Notes: a model not told the origin generated them from the letters alone. Shown: positions 26,934 to 38,118, numbered from the stretch's first letter. The stretch: 55,157 nt of DNA from Clostridia bacterium (GCA_045643205.1 JAZUKI010000001.1:1-55157); one strand, 5' to 3'. Program-made: numbers and translations.

Positions 26934-27950
26934 ATGTCAGTTAGAGTTGCTATTAATGGATTTGGACGTATAGGACGTCTTGCATTTAGACAAATGTTTG
27001 GAGCAGAAGGATATGAAATCGTTGCTATCAATGATTTAACATCTCCAGAGATGTTAGCTTATCTTTTAAAACATGATTCTGCACAAAAAACATATGCTAA
27101 AGCAGATACAGTTTCAGCAGGAGAAGATTCAATTACAGTTGATGGACAAACAATCAAGATTTATGCAGAAAAAGAAGCTGCAAATCTTCCATGGGGAGAA
27201 TTAAATGTTGATGTTGTTCTTGAATGTACAGGTTTCTATACATCTAAAGAAAAAGCACAAGCACATATTGATGCAGGAGCAAAGAAAGTTATTATTTCTG
27301 CACCAGCTGGAAATGATTTACCTACAATTGTTTTTGGTGTTAATGAAGGAATATTAAAACCAGAAGACCAAATTATTTCAGCTGCATCTTGTACAACAAA
27401 CTGCTTGGCACCTATGGCAAATACATTAAATAAATATGCACCAATTCAATCAGGAATTATGTGCACAGTACATGCTTATACAGGAGATCAAATGCTTCTT
27501 GATGGACCACAAAGAAAAGGAAATTTAAGAAGATCAAGAGCTGCTGCAGTTAACATTGTACCTTCATCATCAGGAGCTGCTAAAGCTATTGGATTAGTTA
27601 TTCCAGAATTAGATGGAAAATTAGTTGGAGCCGCACAAAGAGTTCCAGTTGCAACAGGATCAACAACATTATTAACAGCAGTTGTTAAAGGTGAAAATGT
27701 TACAGTTGATGGAATTAATGAAGCTATGAAAGCTGCTGCAAATGATTCATTTGGATATGATGCAGGAGAATTAGTTTCTTCAGATATTATCGGAGATACA
27801 CATGGTGGTGTATTTGATCCAACACAAACAATGGTAGTTCCAATGGGAGATGGATTATTCGAAGTACAAGTTGTATCTTGGTATGACAATGAAAATTCTT
27901 ATACATCACAAATGGTAAGAACAATAAAATATTTCGCTGAATTAAAATAA
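26934..27950 (+). CDS. gap: Glyceraldehyde-3-phosphate dehydrogenase
   Basis: [22 protein letters not shown]; ATG after AAGGAGG. Confidence 0.98.
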   Translation: MSVRVAINGFGRIGRLAFRQMFGAEGYEIVAINDLTSPEMLAYLLKHDSAQKTYAKADTVSAGEDSITVDGQTIKIYAEKEAANLPWGELNVDVVLECTGFYTSKEKAQAHIDAGAKKVIISAPAGNDLPTIVFGVNEGILKPEDQIISAASCTTNCLAPMANTLNKYAPIQSGIMCTVHAYTGDQMLLDGPQRKGNLRRSRAAAVNIVPSSSGAAKAIGLVIPELDGKLVGAAQRVPVATGSTTLLTAVVKGENVTVDGINEAMKAAANDSFGYDAGELVSSDIIGDTHGGVFDPTQTMVVPMGDGLFEVQVVSWYDNENSYTSQMVRTIKYFAELK

Positions 27951-27962
27951 TTAAAGTAGGCC

Positions 27963-27990
27963 TAGAGGTCCGATTCAGTTCGGACCTCTA
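27963..27990 (+). terminator. GC-rich hairpin between gap and pgk (partial terminator or mRNA stabiliser)
   Basis: TAGAGGTCCGA-ttcagt-TCGGACCTCTA without a U-tract. Confidence 0.6.
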
Positions 27991-28015
27991 TATATATGAT
28001 AAGGAGTTATAAAAA

Positions 28016-29203
28016 ATGAATAAAGTTACAGTTAGAGAAATGGAATTAAAGGACAAGAAAGTTTTAATGAGATGTGACTTCAATGTTCCTTTAGATGAAA
28101 ATTTAAATATAACAGATAAAACAAGAATTAAAGCTGCATTACCTACAATTAAGTATGTTTTAGATCAAGGAGCTAAATTAATTCTTTGCTCACATTTAGG
28201 AAGACCTAAGGGAGAAGTTAAGAAAGAATTTTCTTTAGCACCAGTTGCAAAAGAATTATCAGTTGAACTTGGAAGAGAAGTTAAATTAGCAAATGATATC
28301 GTTGGAGATTCTGCAAAAGCATTAACAGCTAACATGAATGCAGGTGATGTAGTTTTACTTGAAAACGTTAGATATGATGCAAGAGAAGAAGCAAATGATG
28401 AAGAATTTTCAAAAGAATTAGCAGAACTTGCTGAAGTATATGTAAATGATGCTTTCGGTACAGCTCATAGAGCACATGCTTCAACAGAAGGTGTATCAAA
28501 GTTTTTACCATCAGCTTGCGGATTCTTAATTGAAAAAGAATTAGAACAATTAGGAGACTCTTTAAATAATCCAGATAGACCATTTGTTGCTATCTTAGGA
28601 GGAAAGAAAGTTTCTGATAAAATTGGTGTAATCAATTCTTTATTAGACAAAGTTGATACATTAATTATTGGTGGAGCTATGGCTTACACATTCTTTAGAG
28701 CTCAAGGATTTTCAACAGGAAAATCATTAGTTGAAGAAGATAAGATTGAATTAGCAAAAGAATTACTTGCTAAAGCTGAATCAAAAGGAGTTAAATTATT
28801 ACTTCCAGTTGATACAACTTGTGGAAAAGAATTCGATGAAAACACAGAAATATTAGTAGTTAAGAGTAATGAAATTCCTGATGATTGGGAAGGATTTGAT
28901 ATTGGACCTGCATCAGTTGAATTATATAAAGAAGTTCTTTCAACTGCAAAAACAGTTTTATGGAATGGACCAGTTGGTGTATTTGAATTAACTCCATTTG
29001 CTGTTGGAACAAATGAAATAGCTAAATGCTTAGCTGAATTAACAGATTGCAAAACTATTATTGGTGGTGGAGATTCTGCAGCAGCTGTTACAAAAGCAGG
29101 ACTTGCTGATAAAATGACACATATTTCAACAGGTGGTGGAGCTTCACTTGAATTTATTGAAGGAAAAGTTTTACCAGGAATTGAATGTATTCCAAATAAA
29201 TAA
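28016..29203 (+). CDS. pgk: Phosphoglycerate kinase
   Basis: [30 protein letters not shown]. Confidence 0.98.
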   Translation: MNKVTVREMELKDKKVLMRCDFNVPLDENLNITDKTRIKAALPTIKYVLDQGAKLILCSHLGRPKGEVKKEFSLAPVAKELSVELGREVKLANDIVGDSAKALTANMNAGDVVLLENVRYDAREEANDEEFSKELAELAEVYVNDAFGTAHRAHASTEGVSKFLPSACGFLIEKELEQLGDSLNNPDRPFVAILGGKKVSDKIGVINSLLDKVDTLIIGGAMAYTFFRAQGFSTGKSLVEEDKIELAKELLAKAESKGVKLLLPVDTTCGKEFDENTEILVVKSNEIPDDWEGFDIGPASVELYKEVLSTAKTVLWNGPVGVFELTPFAVGTNEIAKCLAELTDCKTIIGGGDSAAAVTKAGLADKMTHISTGGGASLEFIEGKVLPGIECIPNK

Positions 29204-29218
29204 TTTTAGGAGTTTAGT

Positions 29219-29965
29219 ATGAGAAGAAAAGTAGTAGCAGGAAACTGGAAAATGAATATGCTTCCAGATGCAACAATGTCAGTACTTGAAGAATTACAAA
29301 CATTAGTTGAAGGAGCAAATGCAGAAGTTGTTGTTTGCGTTCCTTTCACAGATTTAAATTATGCATATTATGCAACACAAGAAAAGAAAACAGTTCATAT
29401 CGGTGCTCAAAACATGCACTGGGAAGAAAGTGGAGCATATACTGGAGAAATTTCACCAGATATGCTTAAAGCAATTAATTGTGAATATGTAATTATTGGT
29501 CATTCAGAAAGAAGACAATATTTTGCAGAAACAGATGAAACAGTTAATAAAAAAATCAAAGCAGCATTAGCTCATGATTTAAAACCAATAGTATGTGTTG
29601 GTGAAACATTAGAACAAAGAGAAGCAGGAGAAACAGTTAATGTTATTACATCTCAAATTCATAATGCTTTTGAAGGATTAGAAGCAAAAGATTTAGAAAA
29701 TGTAATTGTTGCATATGAACCTATATGGGCTATTGGTACTGGGAAAACAGCTACTAGCACAGAAGCTAATGATGCAATTAAAGAAATTAGAAATCAAATT
29801 GAAAAAGATTTCTCAACAGGTGACCTTCCAATTTTATATGGAGGATCAGTAAAACCTGAAAATGCAAAAGAATTATTTACAACATCAGACATAGATGGAG
29901 GCCTTGTAGGGGGAGCAAGTTTAAAAGCTGATGTATTTAGTAAAATTGTAAATTATGACAAATAG
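29219..29965 (+). CDS. tpiA: Triosephosphate isomerase
   Basis: GNWKMN, GHSERR, AYEPIWAIGTG, YGGSV. Confidence 0.98.
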   Translation: MRRKVVAGNWKMNMLPDATMSVLEELQTLVEGANAEVVVCVPFTDLNYAYYATQEKKTVHIGAQNMHWEESGAYTGEISPDMLKAINCEYVIIGHSERRQYFAETDETVNKKIKAALAHDLKPIVCVGETLEQREAGETVNVITSQIHNAFEGLEAKDLENVIVAYEPIWAIGTGKTATSTEANDAIKEIRNQIEKDFSTGDLPILYGGSVKPENAKELFTTSDIDGGLVGGASLKADVFSKIVNYDK

Positions 29966-29996
29966 AATTAAAACAAAATAAAAGAGGAACATAAAA

Positions 29997-31532
29997 ATGG
30001 AAAAAAGAGTAACAATGCTAATGATATTAGATGGTTTTGGAATTAATGATAATCCAGAAGGAAATGCTATAGCTAATGCAAAGAAACCTAATATCGACAA
30101 GTTAATGATGACATGTCCAATGTCAAAAGTTTCTGCAAGTGGAGCAGCGGTTGGATTACCAGATGGACAAATGGGAAACTCAGAAGTTGGTCATACAAAT
30201 ATTGGAGCAGGAAGAATTATATATCAAGACTTAACAAAGATAACAAAATCAATTGAAGACGGTGATTTTTTCAGCATTCCTGAATTTGTTGATGCAGTTG
30301 AATCTGCAAAAAACAATAATAAATCACTACACATTATAGGATTAGTATCTGATGGTGGAGTTCATAGTCATCAAAGACATTTATATGCATTACTTGAATT
30401 AGCAAAAAGAAGAGGAATGGAAAACAACGTTTTTGTTCATTGTTTAATGGATGGAAGAGACACGCTTCCATCAGCTGGTGAAGGATATATTCAACAACTT
30501 GAAGAAAAAATGAAAGAAAAAGGTGTTGGAAAAATCGCAACAATCAGTGGTAGATATTATGGAATGGATAGAGATAACCGATGGGAAAGAGAAAAGAAAG
30601 CATATGATGCAATGGTTTTAGGAGTTGGCGAAAAAGCTAATTCTGCACAACAAGTTATGGAAAACTCTTATCAAAAAGAAGTTTTTGATGAATTTGTTGT
30701 TCCAACAGTAATTTATAATGGAGAAAAACCAGTTGCTACAATAGAAGATGGAGATTCAGTTATTTTCTTTAACTTTAGACCAGATAGAGCAAGACAAATT
30801 ACAAGAGCTTTTGTTGATCCTGAATTTAAAGAGTTTGAAACAAAGAAAATGAATTTGAATTTTGTTTGTATGACTGAATATGATGAATCAATTCCTAATG
30901 TTAAGATTGCATTTAAAGATGAATCAATCAAAAATACATTTGGCGAATACATTAGCAATAATGGAAAAACTCAATTAAGAATTGCTGAAACTGAGAAATA
31001 TGCGCATGTTACATTCTTTTTTAATGGTGGTAGAGAAGAACCATATGAAGGAGAAGATAGAATATTAGTTAATTCACCAAAGGTTGAAACTTATGATATG
31101 AAACCTGAGATGAGTGCATATGAAGTTACAGAAAATGTTTTAAAAGCAATTAATGAAGAAAAATATGATGCAATAGTGTTAAACTTTGCAAATGCAGATA
31201 TGGTTGGACATACAGGAAATTTCGAAGCAGCTGTAGCAGCTATTGAAGCTCTTGATGAATGTGTTGGAAAAATTGTTGATGCTATTAAAAAACATAATGG
31301 TACATTATTAATTACTGCTGACCATGGTAATTCTGAACAAATGATTGACTATAAAACAGGAGATCCATTTACACAACATACAACAAATTTAGTACCATTA
31401 ATTTTAGTAAATAAAGAAAATGCAAAATTAAAAGATGGAAGACTTTGCGACTTAGCACCTACAATGATTGATATTATGGGACTTGATAAACCAGCAGAAA
31501 TGGCTGGCGAAAGTCTATTAGTTAAAGAATAA
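29997..31532 (+). CDS. gpmI: 2,3-bisphosphoglycerate-independent phosphoglycerate mutase
   Basis: LDG, GQMGNSEVGH, DGRD, AETEKYAHVT, DMVGHTG, ADHGN. Confidence 0.98.
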   Translation: MEKRVTMLMILDGFGINDNPEGNAIANAKKPNIDKLMMTCPMSKVSASGAAVGLPDGQMGNSEVGHTNIGAGRIIYQDLTKITKSIEDGDFFSIPEFVDAVESAKNNNKSLHIIGLVSDGGVHSHQRHLYALLELAKRRGMENNVFVHCLMDGRDTLPSAGEGYIQQLEEKMKEKGVGKIATISGRYYGMDRDNRWEREKKAYDAMVLGVGEKANSAQQVMENSYQKEVFDEFVVPTVIYNGEKPVATIEDGDSVIFFNFRPDRARQITRAFVDPEFKEFETKKMNLNFVCMTEYDESIPNVKIAFKDESIKNTFGEYISNNGKTQLRIAETEKYAHVTFFFNGGREEPYEGEDRILVNSPKVETYDMKPEMSAYEVTENVLKAINEEKYDAIVLNFANADMVGHTGNFEAAVAAIEALDECVGKIVDAIKKHNGTLLITADHGNSEQMIDYKTGDPFTQHTTNLVPLILVNKENAKLKDGRLCDLAPTMIDIMGLDKPAEMAGESLLVKE

Positions 31533-31645
31533 TTAGTTAGTCAAAAAATTAATTTAAAGCGATAAATAATTAATTGGAAAAATAGATTAATTGAAAAGCA
31601 ATAAATTATTTAAAAGTAAATTTATTAATTTAAAGGATTAATATA

Positions 31646-33367
31646 ATGCAAAAGATTATAAAAAAAGTTATTATTTTATTATTTGCAATTATAGTTTGTT
31701 TAATGTTAACAAATGTTTCATTTGCAGAAGAAAATAATGAAAATAATTTCGTAATTGAAAATTTTGAAGTTGAACTAAATGTTAGAGAAGACAACAAAGT
31801 TGAAGTTAAAGAAATTATAGATGTTAAGTTTTTAAAACAGGATAGCCATGGAATATACAGGGCAATTCCAATATGGGATAAATATACTGGCAATGATGGA
31901 AAAACTATAGATAAAAGAACAAAAATAACAGATTTTAAATGTGATGGTGAAGATATAAAAGATGAATCTTCAGCAACAATGTTTAGAGTAAAAATAGGCA
32001 ATCCAGATAGAATAGTTCCAGAATATAAAACTTATAATATTTCTTATACTTATGATTTTGGAAAAGACAACTATACTGACAGAGATGAATTTATATTCAA
32101 TGCATTTGGAGATTCATTAAATGGAGGAGTTCCTTATGGAAAAATTACTTTAAAATTTGCAAAGGGTTCCTCTAGTGAAACAATTAATAAAATCAGCAAA
32201 GAAAAATTATCTATATGGAAAGATAAATATAGGAAAGAAAATATTTATGAAAATGGAAAAAATAATGATACTCAAACTTCAGTAACAGTAACTGATGATG
32301 GTATTGTTATAAATTTAACCAACATAACAGGATCAATAACTACAGAGGTTATATTAGATCAAGGATATTTTACTAATGTAGGAGACACATACGATAATAA
32401 TTCAATGATTTTATGTTTCATAATAATATTGATTGCTGTTTCTTCAATTGTAGTTTGGTTCTTTATTGGAAAAGATAATAAGATTGAAAAAAGTAAAAAT
32501 ATTTATTATCCACCAGACAACTTAGATCCAGCATATATAGGAGTTGTTTTAGGAAACATAGTAACATATAATCAATATAATGCACTTACTGTTTCATTAG
32601 CTTCAAAAGGATATATAAGTATCGCTAGAGATCCAAAAGATAAAAATAATTTTTTTGTAAAAAAATTAATAGATATAAATAAACCATTACCAAATGGAAT
32701 TAAAGAATTATCTGAAAATGAGAAACTTATATATGAATCTATGTTTAGAGGAAATGAAGTTATTATTAGTTTAAAAGATAATAAAATAGATGAAAAGAAA
32801 TTAGAACAAATAAATAAAAATACTGCAAAATTTAGAGAAAAAATAATTGAAAAGAAATCTTCGATTATACAAATTATTTATACGGTTCTTTCATTAATAT
32901 CTGTAATTATTTATTTAATAGCATTCTTTGCAATTAAAGATATGAATCCAGAACATAATTATATTTATATAATTACATTTATTATGGTAATAGTTGAAAT
33001 TGTATTTACATTTTTAATAGAAAAGAGAACTTCTTATGGCGATAAATTAACAGGTAAAATTATGAGCTATAAAGAGTTTCTTAAAAGTTTCAACAAAGAA
33101 CAATGTGAAAAATTATTAAAAGAAAATCCAAAATATTTTTACGAAACATTACCTTATACCTATGTGTTAGGCGTTTCAAAAAATTGGTTAAAAGAAATAA
33201 ATACATACCCTGATTTAGCAAGGTATTGTAATGTTACTTATTTTCAAAATTTAACAGTGTTTTTAGCATATCAATGTATTTTTACAAACAGCACATCAAA
33301 CTATGGTGGCGGTTCAGGCGGTAGTTTTGGCGGACTAGGTGGATCTAGCGGAGTAGGTTCATGGTAA
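31646..33367 (+). CDS. DUF2207-family membrane protein
   Basis: Signal peptide, HGIYRxIP, PPDNLDPA, LPYxYVLG, Gly/Ser-rich C-terminus ending GSW. Confidence 0.8.
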   Translation: MQKIIKKVIILLFAIIVCLMLTNVSFAEENNENNFVIENFEVELNVREDNKVEVKEIIDVKFLKQDSHGIYRAIPIWDKYTGNDGKTIDKRTKITDFKCDGEDIKDESSATMFRVKIGNPDRIVPEYKTYNISYTYDFGKDNYTDRDEFIFNAFGDSLNGGVPYGKITLKFAKGSSSETINKISKEKLSIWKDKYRKENIYENGKNNDTQTSVTVTDDGIVINLTNITGSITTEVILDQGYFTNVGDTYDNNSMILCFIIILIAVSSIVVWFFIGKDNKIEKSKNIYYPPDNLDPAYIGVVLGNIVTYNQYNALTVSLASKGYISIARDPKDKNNFFVKKLIDINKPLPNGIKELSENEKLIYESMFRGNEVIISLKDNKIDEKKLEQINKNTAKFREKIIEKKSSIIQIIYTVLSLISVIIYLIAFFAIKDMNPEHNYIYIITFIMVIVEIVFTFLIEKRTSYGDKLTGKIMSYKEFLKSFNKEQCEKLLKENPKYFYETLPYTYVLGVSKNWLKEINTYPDLARYCNVTYFQNLTVFLAYQCIFTNSTSNYGGGSGGSFGGLGGSSGVGSW

Positions 33368-33386
33368 AAAAGAAAGGAGGAATTGA

Positions 33387-33926
33387 ATGAGTCAAGTTAA
33401 TGATTTATATAAAGATATTCAAAACCTCCTTTATAAACTAGTTCCTGAAAAATTTAAAAAGTTATATTTATATGCATCTATTATAAATGGTAAAAATGGC
33501 GAAATGTTTTTTTACTATTTTCCAAAAACAATTTTAAAGTCAAATGCAATTAATTGCTATGATATTCCTGATAAATTTGGAATAGACGAAAATATTTATA
33601 ATGAAAATTTAAATAGTTTATTTAATTTGATTAGACAACTATATGCAATACAAAAAGGAACTTGGACTAACATAACTATTAAATTTGAAGGAAGAACATT
33701 TACTGTAGAATATCACTTTAATGATTTAGTAAATTCAAATTATTCGGATAGTGAAAGAAGAATAATTTGGTGCAATAAATATTTAAATATTCCTAATGAA
33801 AAATTTAGTAGGGCTGAGAAAAAGTTGATTGAAAACTATATTGAAGAAAGTACAAAAAAGCCTATAATTTATACAGAAGAACTTGAACATAGTTCAATTT
33901 TCGAAGATGAAGATGAAGAAGAATAA
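33387..33926 (+). CDS. DUF600/YezG-like protein
   Basis: PEKFKKLYLYA...EMFFYY...WTNITI...F.VEY...RRIIW pattern; AAGGAGG RBS. Confidence 0.7.
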   Translation: MSQVNDLYKDIQNLLYKLVPEKFKKLYLYASIINGKNGEMFFYYFPKTILKSNAINCYDIPDKFGIDENIYNENLNSLFNLIRQLYAIQKGTWTNITIKFEGRTFTVEYHFNDLVNSNYSDSERRIIWCNKYLNIPNEKFSRAEKKLIENYIEESTKKPIIYTEELEHSSIFEDEDEEE

Positions 33927-33973
33927 GAAAAAATAATAAACTACCTAAATGTAAAAAAATTGGTAGTATATAT

Positions 33974-34048
33974 TGGGGTATAGCCAAGTGGTAAGGCAGG
34001 GGACTCTGACTCCTCGATGCGTGAGTTCGAATCTTACTACCCCAACCA
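33974..34048 (+). tRNA. tRNA-Gln(CTG)
   Basis: TGGGGTA/TACCCCA acceptor stem (U1-A72), GGGGA-CTCTGAC-TCCTC anticodon arm, GTTCGAATC, CCA. Confidence 0.95.
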
Positions 34049-34122
34049 ATATAATTAAAACATTACAAATATAAACACAATATAAATATAAATAATATAT
34101 TTAATAATAGAAGGAGAAAAAA

Positions 34123-34605
34123 ATGATTTGTCCAAATTGTAAAAATAGTATTCAAGATTATCCAGATTATTGTCCATTTTGTGGAACAAATTTTAAACAA
34201 CAAGGAGCACCACAAGTTAATGCACAAGGAATGCCAGTAAACCAAGTAAACCCAAATGTAATACCTGGTGAAGAACAAGGATTTGTAGATGTAGTTATTC
34301 AAAGAAGAAATGCATTTGCAGGATCTGCTGTAACAGTACATATATTAGTTGATGAAGTTGAGATTGGTCAATTAAAAAATGGTCAATATGCTCAATATAG
34401 AATTCCATGTGGAACACGTAAAGTTGTATTAAAAACATATAGTACATATGATGGATATTTAGTTACATTCCAAAATGATTGTAGAAATATGAGAATTGAA
34501 ATTGGAATGCAAATGGGATTTTGGAATGGAAGTGTTGCAATGTATTCAGTTACAAAAGAATACGATAATCAACCACCAGTTGGTATTCCAAAAGTAGAAA
34601 ATTAG
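34123..34605 (+). CDS. Zinc-ribbon domain protein
   Basis: CPNC...CPFCG, Q/P linker, C-terminal beta domain; GAAGGAG RBS. Confidence 0.75.
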   Translation: MICPNCKNSIQDYPDYCPFCGTNFKQQGAPQVNAQGMPVNQVNPNVIPGEEQGFVDVVIQRRNAFAGSAVTVHILVDEVEIGQLKNGQYAQYRIPCGTRKVVLKTYSTYDGYLVTFQNDCRNMRIEIGMQMGFWNGSVAMYSVTKEYDNQPPVGIPKVEN

Positions 34606-34619
34606 TAACAGTAATCAAT

Positions 34620-34654
34620 AAGAGCTAATGGGAAACATTTCTCATTAGCTTTTT
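34620..34654 (+). terminator. Intrinsic terminator
   Basis: AGCTAATGGGAAA-ca-TTTCTCATTAGCT plus T-run. Confidence 0.75.
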
Positions 34655-34672
34655 ATAAGAATAGGAGAAAAA

Positions 34673-35797
34673 ATGTTTAGCAAAAAAGATATTTCGAGAG
34701 ATGAATTCCAACTATTTGGAAAGCAAGCAAAATGTGGATATGACTGGTGGTGGCATTCATTCACTGCTATCGATGAAGAAAGTAATGTGAAAAAACAATT
34801 CTTTCTAGAATTTTTTACTTGTAATCCTAAGTTAGGTGGAGATAAACCTATTTATGGACAAATTCCAAGAAATCAAAAGTACGGAGTAAAACCTTCATAT
34901 TTAATGATAAAAGTTGGAACTTGGGGAGAAAATAAAAAACAACTTCATAGATTTTTTGGATGGAACAAGGTTGAAATTAAAGCGAAAAAACCTTTTAGCA
35001 TAAAAGCAGATGATTGCTATTTATCAGAAACTGAAACTTATGGAAAAGTAAGTGTTACAAAAGAAGAATCTGAAGAACATAAAGAATACATGAGTGATTA
35101 TGGAACAATAGAATGGAACCTTAAAATAAATAAAATCATTCCATACAATGTAGGTTATGGTGCAGGAAAATTATTTAGAAAAATTCAAGCATTCGAAATG
35201 TTTTGGCATGCAGAAGGAATGAAAACCGAATTTTCAGGAGAAATCATACTAGATGGAAAAAAATATAAAGTAGTAGCAGAAGAATCAAATGGCTATGCTG
35301 ATAAAAACTGGGGCAAAGATTTTACATCACCATGGGTATGGTTATCAACAAATAATTGTTATAGTAAAAAATATGATAAGAAACTAGAAAACACAGTTTT
35401 TGACATAGGTGGAGGAAAACCTAAAGTTGGACCAATTTCTTTAAATAGAAAGTTATTATCAGCAATGTATTATGAAGGAAAATGTTTTGAGTTTAACTTC
35501 TCAAAATTTTGGACTTTTTGTAGAACAAAATTTGAGTGTCATGAAACAGACAGTCAAATTGTATGGCATGTTGAACAAAGAACATGGAACAATAAAATGA
35601 TTACAGATATAACTTGTGAAAAGAAAGATATGATATTAATCAATTATGAATCACCTAAAGGCGAGAAAAAATATTCGAAATTATGGAATGGTGGCAACGG
35701 AAAAGGAATTATTAAACTTTATAGAAAAGGCCAATTAATTGATGAAATTGAAGTAGATTTAGGTTGTGAATATGGAGAGTTTGATACCGAACTATAA
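34673..35797 (+). CDS. Tocopherol cyclase-family protein
   Basis: YDWWW, FWHA, GYADKNWGxDFxxPWVW. Confidence 0.75.
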   Translation: MFSKKDISRDEFQLFGKQAKCGYDWWWHSFTAIDEESNVKKQFFLEFFTCNPKLGGDKPIYGQIPRNQKYGVKPSYLMIKVGTWGENKKQLHRFFGWNKVEIKAKKPFSIKADDCYLSETETYGKVSVTKEESEEHKEYMSDYGTIEWNLKINKIIPYNVGYGAGKLFRKIQAFEMFWHAEGMKTEFSGEIILDGKKYKVVAEESNGYADKNWGKDFTSPWVWLSTNNCYSKKYDKKLENTVFDIGGGKPKVGPISLNRKLLSAMYYEGKCFEFNFSKFWTFCRTKFECHETDSQIVWHVEQRTWNNKMITDITCEKKDMILINYESPKGEKKYSKLWNGGNGKGIIKLYRKGQLIDEIEVDLGCEYGEFDTEL

Positions 35798-35841
35798 AAC
35801 TATTTACAAAAAGCCTTAAAAATAGTACAATTGAAGGACTT

Positions 35842-36636
35842 ATGGATAAAATAAACGAATTAACAAAAATGCAAAAGGATGAAGAAAAAATTCTTTTGGC
35901 TAAAGTGAATGATAAATTGAAATTCTGTATTGCTAGAAATAGACCTGAAAATACAGATTTTCTTGATTTGTCTGAACAAGCAAGCGTATACAATTTATTG
36001 GAAAATAGAAGATGTGATAAAATTTCTATGTTTGGTGGATATGCAGAAGCTGAACGTAAAATTTTATTTGCATTACCTGAAGAAATAGAATTTTCTGATA
36101 AAATTTACAACCAAGTTTTAAAAGTTTTTAGAATTACTCTTCCAAAAGACCAATGGGGAACATACGAACACAAAACCTATTTAGGTGCTTTGATGAAATT
36201 AGGAATGAAGAGAGAAAAAATAGGGGATATTTTAGTTAGAAATGATGGCGCTGATATTATAATAATGTCTGAAGTAGAAAAGTTTTTAACTCAAAATATT
36301 AATGGTTTAACTAGATTTCAAAAAGCTAAGATAGAAGTAAAAAATATAGATGAATTAATATATATAGAACCTAAAAAAGAAATATTAAAAATAAATGTTC
36401 CATCTATGAGACTTGATTGTTTAGTAGGTGAACTTGCGAGATGTTCTAGAAATGATGCAGTTGATTTAATAAATCAAGAAAGAGTATTTGTTAATTTTAA
36501 AGAAGAATTAGTCGGAAGCAAACAAATTAAAGAAGGATCATATATAACAATTCGCGGTAAAGGTGGAAGATTTAAAATTAATAAAATTATAGGAACTTCT
36601 AAAAGCGGAAGAATCAACGTAGAAGTAGAACATTAA
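35842..36636 (+). CDS. ylmH: YlmH/Sll1252 family S4 RNA-binding protein
   Basis: TDFLD, GGYxEAER, HKxYLGALMxLGxKRExIGDI, SMRLD, IRGKG. Confidence 0.85.
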   Translation: MDKINELTKMQKDEEKILLAKVNDKLKFCIARNRPENTDFLDLSEQASVYNLLENRRCDKISMFGGYAEAERKILFALPEEIEFSDKIYNQVLKVFRITLPKDQWGTYEHKTYLGALMKLGMKREKIGDILVRNDGADIIIMSEVEKFLTQNINGLTRFQKAKIEVKNIDELIYIEPKKEILKINVPSMRLDCLVGELARCSRNDAVDLINQERVFVNFKEELVGSKQIKEGSYITIRGKGGRFKINKIIGTSKSGRINVEVEH

Positions 36637-36732
36637 AAATATTGTGAAAATAAATATATTAATCTTACTAAGATAGAAATATTAATATTAACTATAAAAT
36701 AAATAAAATAGGTATATTAAAGAAAGGGAAAG

Positions 36733-38112
36733 ATGAAAGCAAAGTTTATTACATTAGGATGCAAAACAAATCAATATGAATCTAATGCAATGGAACAAAG
36801 TTTCAAAAAAGATGGAATTGAAATTTTGCCAAGTGATAGTAGTGAATCAGCTGATATTTGTGTAGTAAACACATGTAGTGTTACAAATGTTGCTGAGAGA
36901 AAATCAAGACAAATGCTTAGACGTGAAAAACAACAAAATCCAGAAGCAATTGTTGTTGCTTGTGGATGTTATGTTCAGGTTTCTCAAAAGGAAGTAGAAG
37001 AAATGCCTGAAGTTGATATTGTAATTGGCATCAATGAAAAAAATCATATTTTAGAAATTGTTAAAGAATACATTGCAAATAGAAATGAAAAATCTAGAGT
37101 TTCTGATGTAATGCATAAGCAGGGCTTTGAAGATTTTGGAACAACAACATACACAGAGCTAAACAGAGCTGTAATAAAAATTCAAGATGGTTGTGATAGA
37201 TTTTGCACATATTGTATTATTCCTTATGCTAGAGGAAAAGTAAGAAGCAGAAATCCACACAATGTTTTAAAAGAAATAGAAGAGATATCAAAAACAGGTA
37301 TTAAAGAAATTGTTCTTACAGGAATTCATATTGCATCATATGGAAAAGATTTTTCAAAAGAAGAGGGAGAACAATATAGAAAAGATTTTGGATACGATAA
37401 TGATTATCCAGAATTTGATCCAAGAGAAGATTTAACATCTGGAGCATTCAGATTAATTGATTTGATAGAACAAATTAACAAAATAGATACAATTGAGAGA
37501 ATTAGAATTGGATCAATTGAACCTAAATGGGTTAATGAAGATTTAATTACAAGATTAGTTAAATGCGAAAAAATCTGCGACCATTTTCATTTATCACTTC
37601 AAAGTGGATGTAATGAAACACTAGAAAGAATGAAGAGAAGATATACAACAGAAGATTTTAGAAATGCTGTAACTCTATTAAGAAAGGCATTTCCTAAAGT
37701 TGCATTAACAACAGATATTATAGTTGGTTTTCCAGGAGAAACAGATGCAGAGTTTGAAAAAACATATAAATTTTTAGATGAAATTAAATTTTATAAAATG
37801 CATATTTTTAAATATTCACCAAGAAGAGGAACAATTGCGGAAAACTTACCTAATCAAATTGATGGAACAATCAAAGAAGAAAGAAGTAAGAAATTAATTG
37901 AGTTATCAGATAAAAATGAGAATGATTATAATAAAGAATTAATTGGAAAATCAATTGATATCTTATTTGAAGAAAGAGAAGGTAAATACTTTAAAGGTCA
38001 TTCAACTAACTATGTTTTAGTTAAAGTTGAAACCAAGGAAAATCTAGAAAATCGAATCTTACCAGTAGAAATTCTTGATACTAAAAATCTAGAAACTATT
38101 GGAAAAATTTAG
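36733..38112 (+). CDS. mtaB: tRNA t6A methylthiotransferase MtaB
   Basis: TLGCKTNQYES, NTCSVT, QDGCDRFCTYC, HLSLQSG, IVGFPGET. Confidence 0.93.
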   Translation: MKAKFITLGCKTNQYESNAMEQSFKKDGIEILPSDSSESADICVVNTCSVTNVAERKSRQMLRREKQQNPEAIVVACGCYVQVSQKEVEEMPEVDIVIGINEKNHILEIVKEYIANRNEKSRVSDVMHKQGFEDFGTTTYTELNRAVIKIQDGCDRFCTYCIIPYARGKVRSRNPHNVLKEIEEISKTGIKEIVLTGIHIASYGKDFSKEEGEQYRKDFGYDNDYPEFDPREDLTSGAFRLIDLIEQINKIDTIERIRIGSIEPKWVNEDLITRLVKCEKICDHFHLSLQSGCNETLERMKRRYTTEDFRNAVTLLRKAFPKVALTTDIIVGFPGETDAEFEKTYKFLDEIKFYKMHIFKYSPRRGTIAENLPNQIDGTIKEERSKKLIELSDKNENDYNKELIGKSIDILFEEREGKYFKGHSTNYVLVKVETKENLENRILPVEILDTKNLETIGKI

Positions 38113-38118
38113 AAAAAA

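Noticed and set aside
33974-34700. Island inserted at tRNA-Gln
   Set aside because: No att duplication, mobility gene or obvious composition shift seen.
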